Assembly: GCA_902800025.1 (NCBI GenBank)
Contig: CADCDA010000003.1
Coordinates: 13,154 to 77,153, forward strand
Length of the DNA stretch: 64,000 nucleotides
Direction: 5' to 3'
DNA from: an uncultured Erysipelotrichaceae bacterium
Lineage (GTDB): Bacteria; Bacillota_I; Bacilli_A; RFN20; CAG-826
In this document: positions 17,697 through 25,139 of the stretch, in pieces
Numbering within the stretch: the first letter of the stretch is position 1
Layout: every line of letters begins with the position of its first letter
The notes under the pieces: model-generated
Databases searched by the model: none
The model's input: only the letters and a program-made list of their open reading frames with translations
Told to the model about the DNA's origin: nothing
Program-made: the position numbers and the translations under genes

Positions 17697-18392
17697 TTAT
17701 TCTTCGTTATCCTCTTTTTCCTTCTTGCGATAGACGTTTATTGGATTTCCGTCTTTATCTCTCCAGCAATTCCAGCCGTTGTCATTGTGACCTGAGATCA
17801 TTGCCGCGGCTTGGGAAACGGACGAGCACACAACATCTTCTTGTAAGATTGATCCTTTGAGCGGTAAGGACATCCTAAAAGGGACCCACGAGAATATTGA
17901 TGGAGTTTTTTCAGATAAAGGAGCACAAGTAGAATCTTTTTTAAGTGTTAGAACACCATTAGCAACGGCTAAAACACCAGAATAAGTATTTCTATCTGCC
18001 TTTGATTTAACTTGATAATAATACTCTCCATCAGGAAGCGATGAACTTTCTACCGCTTCTGTGGCTTGCTCAAACACCTCTTTCTTATCTTCTTCTGGAT
18101 ACACCACTCTTCCGTCGAGAGAAGAAAGGAGCTGACGAACCATATTGACGTCCAAAGAGAACATTTCGGTATCGCCTACTCTACTCTTGGAGAAAATTTC
18201 ATGAAGCAGAACTTCTTTTTCATCGTAGTTGTCAAGTTCTATTGCGAAGTTTCTTTTTAATCCGCTGACATTTCTATAACCATTACTTTCAAGGAATCTC
18301 ATTCTTTCCTCGAAATTGTCTGTTTTGGTTTTTCCTATTTTGACTAAGCCGCTAACAACGGTTGTCATCAAATAAATAATTCCTTTCGCCAT
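17697..18392 (-). CDS. T5orf172 (GIY-YIG superfamily) domain protein with C-terminal DUF4357-like region
   Basis: N-terminal GIIYLMTTVVSGLVKIGKTKTDNFEERMRFL matches the T5orf172 pattern (YxL..........KIGxT....R). A conserved E..LH (EVLLHEIF) follows. Confidence 0.55.
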   Translation of the reverse strand: MAKGIIYLMTTVVSGLVKIGKTKTDNFEERMRFLESNGYRNVSGLKRNFAIELDNYDEKEVLLHEIFSKSRVGDTEMFSLDVNMVRQLLSSLDGRVVYPEEDKKEVFEQATEAVESSSLPDGEYYYQVKSKADRNTYSGVLAVANGVLTLKKDSTCAPLSEKTPSIFSWVPFRMSLPLKGSILQEDVVCSSVSQAAAMISGHNDNGWNCWRDKDGNPINVYRKKEKEDNEE

Positions 18393-18406
18393 TCTCTATT
18401 CCTCCT

Positions 18407-21400
18407 TTATTTCAGCTTCCAATTAAAGAAGAAATCAGAAACAAACACATCTCTGTTGGCATACAAGATCTTGTTGATCTCTTTTTTGGAAACACCAAGA
18501 ATGTCTGCGATCTTTCCAGATTTCATTCCTTTGCCCGATTCTCTTAAAACTTTTACTATTTGATCTTTCAAAGAGAGAGGTTCTTCTTCAACTATCGCTT
18601 TTGGCTTAGCTACTACCTTTGGAGAGCTGAATTCAATAGCTTCATCTAGTAGCCTAGAGTCAAAACCAAATGCTTTGTATCCCTCAGAAACTCGTTCAAC
18701 ATATTCATCAGAAGGTCTTCCGAGTTTTCTATCCTCGTGCATAATGTAAACGAATGCTTCGATTTGGCTGAATGATCCATCATCAGCCTTAAGTTCAACT
18801 TTTATATCTTTTTTATAGTAGAAAGCAGGGTATCCTTCGTATCTATCTAGCGATGCTTCGTCATTTTCATTAACGACGAAAACACCAACAGGAACAGCAT
18901 ATCCGTTAGCCCTCTCGATTGTGAGGTAGTTTCCAGAGGAACTTCCCTTAAACATCAAGCGATAGTCATGGATAACTGATGTCCCTACTTTCCTTGCGGT
19001 TGGGCATCTGCTGGACATTTGTTCCAAATTGAGATTGCTGCCATAAGCCAAATAATAGCGAATTGGTTTCTGTGGTTTTTCTTCCACCACTAGTTCTGGT
19101 TCTTCTTCAGCAGGCTTTTCCACAGCATTTACAGGTTCCTCAACAGGTTTGCTTGAAACAAACGTTCTCGAAATTCTTGTTTGTTCTGGAGCTTCAGTAT
19201 GTGTTTCGCCTTCAATTCCAAATTCAAACCAATCAAAGCTGTTTCTATAGTTCTTTCTTACTTCTTCATTTGATAAATCTAAAGTAGATCCAATTGATTC
19301 GTTTTCAAAGAATTCTCTAATGAAGCCATTAAGGATATCTTCTTTGAAGATGTGATACTTGTTGAGAACCTCAAAGTCCTTCTTAGTGATACCGACAGCT
19401 TCTAAGAACCTATCCGGATCTGCATTCTTAAAGATTTCATCAAATGTCGTTTCTCTATAAACAGAAATATATAGGAATTCAAATAAACGAGCCAAGATGT
19501 GCTGCATGACGTTATCTGCATCTTGGATAGAAGTGTCATCGGCGTTTTTGATTACAGGTACCAAGGCTTTCTTTACTGCTTTTCTAAATGAATCACAGTA
19601 CCAGCGCTTGTAGATCTTTCCCCTATATTCCTGAGGAATGTTGTTTATGTCATTAAGATAGGCAACAACAAAGTTCTCTATCTTTTGCTTTGTTTCAGTT
19701 GTATATGTAATTTTTTCGCCGAAATGTTCTCTTACTTTGTCGACAAACTTAAGACCATCGGCTTTGCCGCATTGGAGCTTCTTAATAGGAGCGTTGACGC
19801 CTTGTTCATAGCCTTTCTTGAAGCCATTAATAAAGTATTTCTTATGGAGCTCATCTAAATCTGAAGGAATGTTTTCTTTGATGTGCTTTTCTTCGTTTGC
19901 ATCGTATTGTTCTTGGACTTCATTATCATCTAAATCAAGGTAAAGCTTACTATCAGCCATACCTAAGGCATAGCCTTTATCTCTTCCTTCTAAAGTAACC
20001 TTATCCTTAAAACTTGCATCATCTGGTTTAGGAGGGACGTCTCTATCCTTGGATTTTCCAAATTTTGCATGTGCAAAGACATGTTTAATAATGTCGCTAA
20101 CCTCCTCGTCATTGAGCATAGCGGCGATTGTATCTTCATCTTGGATCCAGGTCGTATTTTTGGTGTCCCTGATTTTCTTTGAAAGCGGCTTTCCTCTGCT
20201 ATCACCAAACTCAGCAAGCTTGAAGAATGTATCTTCGCCAATTGGGTGTTCCATGTCGCCATCCATGAAAATAGGTAAGTACTTAACGATCAGTCTAGCG
20301 ACTTGCATCTTCGTATATGCATTTTCCTTAGATGATTCTTCGGCATATTTTAAAAGAAGCGAAGCTGCTCTATCTATGTTGAAATCATATACATAACCAT
20401 CAGTTTTGAGGATCTTTCCGTTTTCAACCAATGGTGTCTGAATTCTAAATATCGCCTGGAAATATGATTCAGGGCTAGCTAAGTCCTTCAAAACGAAAAC
20501 ACTAAACCACTTCTTAACCGTGACACCTATAGTTAGCTTATTAACAGTGATTGAAATGCTGCCGATTTTACCGGTGTTTTCTCCAGCGGTCATGCTTTCA
20601 TTTAAAAATGTAAGGGCGTTTGTACCACTACCAACGTTCCTATCGGATAGATTGATGATCTGGTATCTAGAGAAATAATCATCTTCTTGAAGCAACTTTG
20701 CCATCGCATAGCATGAGTTGACAGTTGGCATGAGCCAAATCGTATGTTTGCTGTTAGGTGTAAGTTTTGGATTAGAATATGGGAAATTCTTTCCGTGCAT
20801 TGAAGCGCCTTTTATAATTTCAAGCCAAAGTTTAATCTCATCCTCATAAAGGAATTGGTATCCAAAGGCTTCGTCGTAATCTTTCCTCGTCTCAAAGAAT
20901 TTGTTCAAGGAAAAATAACTTCTTCCCAATACCTTATCATCCGAAACCACCGAATTGGCTAGCCCAGGGAACAAAGACTTCATGTCATAACCGAAGATGC
21001 TCATATCTGGGAATTGGGCATAATCTTTATTCGGGGTCCAATCGTCGTTCTCACTATTAGGATATTTCCTCTTTTGCTCATCAAAGTATGAATATGTGCT
21101 TGATGTTTTATCTGTAAATTCGCCTCTTGCTAAAGCTCTGAAAGGAGTTCCTGAGAGACAGATTGTTTTCTTTGTTTTGATTTCGAATTTCTTAACGACA
21201 TCCTTCGTGTCTTTGAGGTTTTTCTGATAGTCCTTATCAAGGTCCTCGAAAGTATCCTGAGTTCTAGCATTCCAGGCTCCAAAATGGTATTCATCGAGAA
21301 CCACCAAATCCCAATCAACATCTTGAAGCTTTTTGATTTTGTCTTTTGTTGTTTGGCTTTGGCTGTCTTTGCCTAAGTAGTTCTGCAACGATAAAAACAC

Positions 21401-22186
21401 AACGAAAGGCTCAGTCTTACCTTTTAAGGTAAAATCATTCCTTCTGATGTTGTCGTCGGTATAGTACTTATATACCTTATTTATATGAAGCAAGTCATCC
21501 TGCCATGATTTCTCAACTGCTGGGATGAATGTCAAAATTAAAATCTTATTGATATTGTTGTCTTCTGCAAACTTATAGGTCGTATAGCATTTTCCGAACC
21601 TCATTTTGCAGTTGAGAAGGAATCTTCCTCCTACTGGATGTTTGTCAAAATATGCAACTAAATCATCTATCGCTTTTTGCTGCTCAGCTCTAGGAGTATA
21701 AACAACTCTGCTGCTTCCGCTTTTTCTGATCTCGTTGAAAATAGAAATCAATTCATCAGGATGGATGTTGACAAACCACTCCTGCTCTTTTTCTTGAATT
21801 CCTGCGTACTTAGCTTTGATCTCGGCATGAACGCGATAATCTTTGAAGGATTCGCTATTGGTGTCTAAGCAGATGCCCCAATAGATGACTTCTCTGATGT
21901 CACCATAGCCTTTAGCAAATTGATCATCGGTCAAAGCTAATTCATGTTGTTGATCCTTAATTCTAGATTTGATTGCATGCCAAAAGGTCTCTCCCATTTT
22001 GCACTTGGTCATGCCTACCTTGACTCCATGATAAACGAAGTTAGGAAGTTGGTACATATAAATCAAGATCAAGTCTTGATCGGTTGTGTTTTTGTCATCC
22101 AGTTGGAAAAGAACGTCCTTTCCACTGAATCTGACTGTATCCTCAGAATTTATATTCTGGCCACGTTGGATTACTACTTCGCTCAT
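18407..22186 (-). CDS. multidomain 1259-aa protein: N-terminal T5orf172/GIY-YIG-like + SF2 (ResIII-type, DEYH) helicase + gamma-glutamylcyclotransferase (GGCT/AIG2)-like domain + C-terminal HTH
   Basis: N-terminal LILIYMYQLPNFVYHGVKVGMTK matches a T5orf172 core. Helicase motif I-like LNCKMRFGKCYT, motif II VVLDEYHF, motif III ICLSGTP and motif VI-like FQAIFRIQT. The GGCT-like segment is IRYYLAYGSNLNLEQM...IEAFVY. The C-terminal HTH is GKIADILGVSKKEINKIL. Confidence 0.7.
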   Translation of the reverse strand: MSEVVIQRGQNINSEDTVRFSGKDVLFQLDDKNTTDQDLILIYMYQLPNFVYHGVKVGMTKCKMGETFWHAIKSRIKDQQHELALTDDQFAKGYGDIREVIYWGICLDTNSESFKDYRVHAEIKAKYAGIQEKEQEWFVNIHPDELISIFNEIRKSGSSRVVYTPRAEQQKAIDDLVAYFDKHPVGGRFLLNCKMRFGKCYTTYKFAEDNNINKILILTFIPAVEKSWQDDLLHINKVYKYYTDDNIRRNDFTLKGKTEPFVVFLSLQNYLGKDSQSQTTKDKIKKLQDVDWDLVVLDEYHFGAWNARTQDTFEDLDKDYQKNLKDTKDVVKKFEIKTKKTICLSGTPFRALARGEFTDKTSSTYSYFDEQKRKYPNSENDDWTPNKDYAQFPDMSIFGYDMKSLFPGLANSVVSDDKVLGRSYFSLNKFFETRKDYDEAFGYQFLYEDEIKLWLEIIKGASMHGKNFPYSNPKLTPNSKHTIWLMPTVNSCYAMAKLLQEDDYFSRYQIINLSDRNVGSGTNALTFLNESMTAGENTGKIGSISITVNKLTIGVTVKKWFSVFVLKDLASPESYFQAIFRIQTPLVENGKILKTDGYVYDFNIDRAASLLLKYAEESSKENAYTKMQVARLIVKYLPIFMDGDMEHPIGEDTFFKLAEFGDSRGKPLSKKIRDTKNTTWIQDEDTIAAMLNDEEVSDIIKHVFAHAKFGKSKDRDVPPKPDDASFKDKVTLEGRDKGYALGMADSKLYLDLDDNEVQEQYDANEEKHIKENIPSDLDELHKKYFINGFKKGYEQGVNAPIKKLQCGKADGLKFVDKVREHFGEKITYTTETKQKIENFVVAYLNDINNIPQEYRGKIYKRWYCDSFRKAVKKALVPVIKNADDTSIQDADNVMQHILARLFEFLYISVYRETTFDEIFKNADPDRFLEAVGITKKDFEVLNKYHIFKEDILNGFIREFFENESIGSTLDLSNEEVRKNYRNSFDWFEFGIEGETHTEAPEQTRISRTFVSSKPVEEPVNAVEKPAEEEPELVVEEKPQKPIRYYLAYGSNLNLEQMSSRCPTARKVGTSVIHDYRLMFKGSSSGNYLTIERANGYAVPVGVFVVNENDEASLDRYEGYPAFYYKKDIKVELKADDGSFSQIEAFVYIMHEDRKLGRPSDEYVERVSEGYKAFGFDSRLLDEAIEFSSPKVVAKPKAIVEEEPLSLKDQIVKVLRESGKGMKSGKIADILGVSKKEINKILYANRDVFVSDFFFNWKLK

Positions 22187-22187
22187 A

Positions 22188-23855
22188 TCAAATCATCTCT
22201 CTAATTAAGGATTCGATATCCTTTATCTCAGTTTCGTCAAGGCCATACATTTCATAGAGTTCCTTGTCGCTCCACGATTTTTCATAAGTCAAATTCGGGA
22301 CAAATTTAAAATTATCTTTTGTAATATGCATAGAACTTAAGGTCAATAAAACTAAATATCTAGCAAATTTTGTCTTAATATACGATGCATAATTATTTGC
22401 CTCTTGTTCCGTGTCAAAAGCACCAAGTAATAAATAAGTAGCTGTAAACGCTTCCCCTGGTTTGTAAATTTTTATTTTTGTTGTGACATTAGACATACCA
22501 TCGCTAGCGTTATTAACACCTCCTCTATCAGGGTTTAACTGACCGATAGAAACTTTATATTTATCGATAATATCTGCTCCTTTTGGGAGGGAATCTTTTT
22601 TAATATAGAATTCGCCAGCACTAGCAATAACCTTTATTGAATTATCAAAAGGTTTTTCTTCACCTCTTGTATTGGTTGGAAGCCCAAATGGGGATATCGG
22701 ATAAACTAGCCTGTCAAGGAATACTTTTGTTTTAGCCCTTATTTTGTCAATAATTCCAATTCCGATATTGCTTCGTATAAATACATCGAAATCATTGAGT
22801 AGTCGATTCTTTGATGTTGTTTTTCCACCGACGCTACTGACGACTTGACATTTTCCTTGATGTTCAGAATCCCACAAGAAATAGCAAACGCCTCCAGCTA
22901 TATCAACGTTTGGAAAGCAGTCTCTGCTCTTTGGAAAATCAACCAATAAAGCCATTCTCTTATCATTCAGCATCTTCTCTCTGAATAAATCCATTCCCAT
23001 TCCGCCAGTAAACCATCTCGAAGGAATAATCATTGAAATATACTTCGGAGATAACGAGATAGCTTGTTCAACAAATTTGTGATAGATAGGCGTTGCCTGA
23101 ATTCCTGAGTCGTTTGTACTCAATTGATATGGTGGGTTGCCTATTATAATGTCGAATTTCATATTCTTATCTCCTTTAAAAAACCTATTTCTTAAATGTC
23201 TTTCTATAACCAAATGGTTAACATGCATAAATTCATAAGCATATTGTTCTCTTTGGTTCGCATCTAAATATTTTGAATCGTGTGCCACGCCACAATACTT
23301 GCATTTCTTTGTTTTCGGATCTATTTCATGGCTTGTATTTGGAGTTTTAATGTTCCCCTCGGTATCTGAAAACCATGTTCCGTTTCCTATGGCATATCCA
23401 TTAACAAAGTGACCGTCTGGAGCTTTTATTCCGTCACATGCTCTATTCGCTTCTGAACAATAATAAACGGTTCTTCTGGCTACATTAGCAGTGAACTTAG
23501 TTAGTCCAATAGAAAAGACCATATTTTGTAAAATGTGTTTTCTTCTTGTTTCTTTATCAGGAATAACATCTTTTAATCCTTCGTCAAGCCTAATAGCAAT
23601 TTCACGTTCAAAAATACCATTTTTTGTTGCAGGATTTAGCCACTTATAATTTGGATTATGCCAAACTTCATCAGGCAAAGAGTCAAGCATCATATCAGCA
23701 GTTTTTCTAGGTGTGAAAACTTCGTCATTGCCGACGTTTGTAATAGTTTCAAGAATGTCGAAGTGCTCTATATAATCGCTAGCTTCTTCTACAGCTGTAT
23801 TGTATTTCTTCTCAGCGCTTAGGCCTTCGCTGGTCTTTTTATCTTCATCTACCAT
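22188..23855 (-). CDS. gamma-class N6-adenine DNA methyltransferase (Eco57I/TaqI-like, NPPY) with Cys4 insertion
   Basis: Motif X DEVFTPRKTADMMLD, motif I-like WLNPATKNGIF and motif IV FDIIIGNPPYQ. It carries a CSEANRACDG...CKYCGVAHD zinc-ribbon-like insert and a long C-terminal putative target-recognition region. Confidence 0.8.
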   Translation of the reverse strand: MVDEDKKTSEGLSAEKKYNTAVEEASDYIEHFDILETITNVGNDEVFTPRKTADMMLDSLPDEVWHNPNYKWLNPATKNGIFEREIAIRLDEGLKDVIPDKETRRKHILQNMVFSIGLTKFTANVARRTVYYCSEANRACDGIKAPDGHFVNGYAIGNGTWFSDTEGNIKTPNTSHEIDPKTKKCKYCGVAHDSKYLDANQREQYAYEFMHVNHLVIERHLRNRFFKGDKNMKFDIIIGNPPYQLSTNDSGIQATPIYHKFVEQAISLSPKYISMIIPSRWFTGGMGMDLFREKMLNDKRMALLVDFPKSRDCFPNVDIAGGVCYFLWDSEHQGKCQVVSSVGGKTTSKNRLLNDFDVFIRSNIGIGIIDKIRAKTKVFLDRLVYPISPFGLPTNTRGEEKPFDNSIKVIASAGEFYIKKDSLPKGADIIDKYKVSIGQLNPDRGGVNNASDGMSNVTTKIKIYKPGEAFTATYLLLGAFDTEQEANNYASYIKTKFARYLVLLTLSSMHITKDNFKFVPNLTYEKSWSDKELYEMYGLDETEIKDIESLIREMI

Positions 23856-24490
23856 AGATCCACTCCTTCCTCGTGAACATTTATTTCATTTTCACTTATT
23901 TCCCATACCGGCATATCAAGCGGCTTCAAATTCCCTTTTTCTGCCTCAGGCATCTTATAGGCCACGTCTATTCCTAAAAGCAATCCTTCATCACTTTGAG
24001 TGTTTGACATTGCCCACATGAAGTTTCTCACAATAATGCATCTAAGAATATCGAAGTAGGAAGTATCGACTTGAATTTTGTTTTCAACAATAAAGTGCTT
24101 CACTAAAGTGAATATATTATTTCTTTGCTTTTCAATTAATTCTTCATCCATTTCTATAGAGTAGATAGTAGATAAAGCTCTGAGTGATTCAATTTCAAAA
24201 TTCTTAGTTATCTTCTCAAGACGCTTTTGGAGAATGTATGTAGTAAACGCACCATCACCAGAGGTTGGTTCGAGGACGGTTTTTGAAGAATCAAAAATAT
24301 CAGGACCTATGGCTTGACACATATCTTTGACAATGAAATCGGGAGTAAAAATTTGATAACCCTCAGTATCATTATGGCCCATAGAGGCAAGTTGAATAGT
24401 TTCAAAAGCTTCAATTAAGTCAAAAGCTTTAATCTGTTCTTTTTTAAATTCAGCCTTTATTTGATTAACATAATTTGAAAAATCAATCAT
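23849..24490 (-). CDS. truncated methyltransferase paralog (SAM-binding motifs X, I, II only; no NPPY)
   Basis: YQIFTPDFIVKDMCQAI plus VLEPTSGDGAF plus IYSIEMDEEL match the N-terminus of TaqI-like methyltransferases. Neither NPPY nor DPPY is present. It is translationally coupled on both sides. Confidence 0.5.
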   Translation of the reverse strand: MIDFSNYVNQIKAEFKKEQIKAFDLIEAFETIQLASMGHNDTEGYQIFTPDFIVKDMCQAIGPDIFDSSKTVLEPTSGDGAFTTYILQKRLEKITKNFEIESLRALSTIYSIEMDEELIEKQRNNIFTLVKHFIVENKIQVDTSYFDILRCIIVRNFMWAMSNTQSDEGLLLGIDVAYKMPEAEKGNLKPLDMPVWEISENEINVHEEGVDLW

Positions 24491-24678
24491 TCTTCCACCT
24501 CTATTCCATATTCTTTAAATAAAGGAGCGAGTTTCCTTTTAACTTTCATCGTTGGTTCACAATGACCATTCTCCCAGCGATTGATGCTTATAAAAGCAAC
24601 ACCCACTTTCTGGGCAAGTTCAGTCTGCGTTAAAAGCATTCTTTTCCTTAATAATTTTATTGCTTGAGCGTAATTCAT
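24487..24678 (-). CDS. Xre-family HTH regulator (controller/C-protein-like)
   Basis: A 63-aa protein: LTQTELAQKVGVAFISINRWENG is a classic Xre HTH. RBS GAGGTG lies 7 nt upstream. It is the first gene of the operon and overlaps the next gene by 4 nt. Confidence 0.8.
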   Translation of the reverse strand: MNYAQAIKLLRKRMLLTQTELAQKVGVAFISINRWENGHCEPTMKVKRKLAPLFKEYGIEVEE

Positions 24679-24699
24679 TATTGCACCTCAACGAATTTC

Positions 24700-24750
24700 A
24701 AAATTGATTATATCACTTTTATATCTTTTCCGCTATCCCTTATAAAGGGA
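24700..24750 (-). promoter_or_regulatory. operon promoter with extended -10 (TGATATAAT) and 6-3-6 inverted repeat TCCCTTATAAAGGGA at the -35 position
   Basis: On the minus strand, GTGATATAAT lies at 24717..24708. The palindrome at 24736..24750 sits exactly where the -35 and operator would be. Confidence 0.5.
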
Positions 24751-24797
24751 AAACTACAGATACTCCTGGAAAACAACCTAAATGCCCAATTCGCAAT

Positions 24798-24836
24798 CGT
24801 ATGTGATATAGGTAAAGCGTATGTGCGATAGGTAAG
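24798..24836. repeat. tandem direct repeat CGTATGTGATATAGGTAAAG / CGTATGTGCGATAGGTAAG
   Basis: Two adjacent ~20-bp units with 17/19 identity lie about 80 bp upstream of the operon promoter. They may be regulator-binding sites. Confidence 0.4.
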
Positions 24837-24974
24837 AAATCACCCGGCAAATGACCTCCAAAAATAAGGCAAATCAAATGAAAAGCGGTTAATAAATAAG
24901 AAAAAATGCCCATTTCTGAGCATTTTTGCGGTTTTTCGCATATTTCACTTTGTATCAAAGTATGTATACGATTA

Positions 24975-25051
<77 letters not shown>

Positions 25052-25139
25052 ATGTATCTATAGTGTTGGTAAGACATTTATGGTGCCTTTTCCAACACGC
25101 TTATATATTATTACAAAATCTCGAAGTTTTTTTCAAGCA

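Noticed and set aside
20049-20396. Plus-strand ORFs inside the large helicase gene (and similar antisense ORFs throughout, e.g. 6266-6782, 15393-16241)
   Set aside because: They are antisense to long, motif-bearing genes, are low-complexity, and lack RBSs. This is typical shadow-ORF noise in AT-rich DNA.
24900-24930. AAAATGC...GCATTTT hairpin downstream of tRNA-Arg as a terminator
   Set aside because: The stem is almost entirely A-T, with 2 GC pairs. It is too weak to call confidently.
24740-24958. 72-aa minus-strand ORF between the HTH gene and the tRNA
   Set aside because: It overlaps the promoter, operator and repeat region. It has no RBS and a Cys/His/Leu-rich low-complexity composition.
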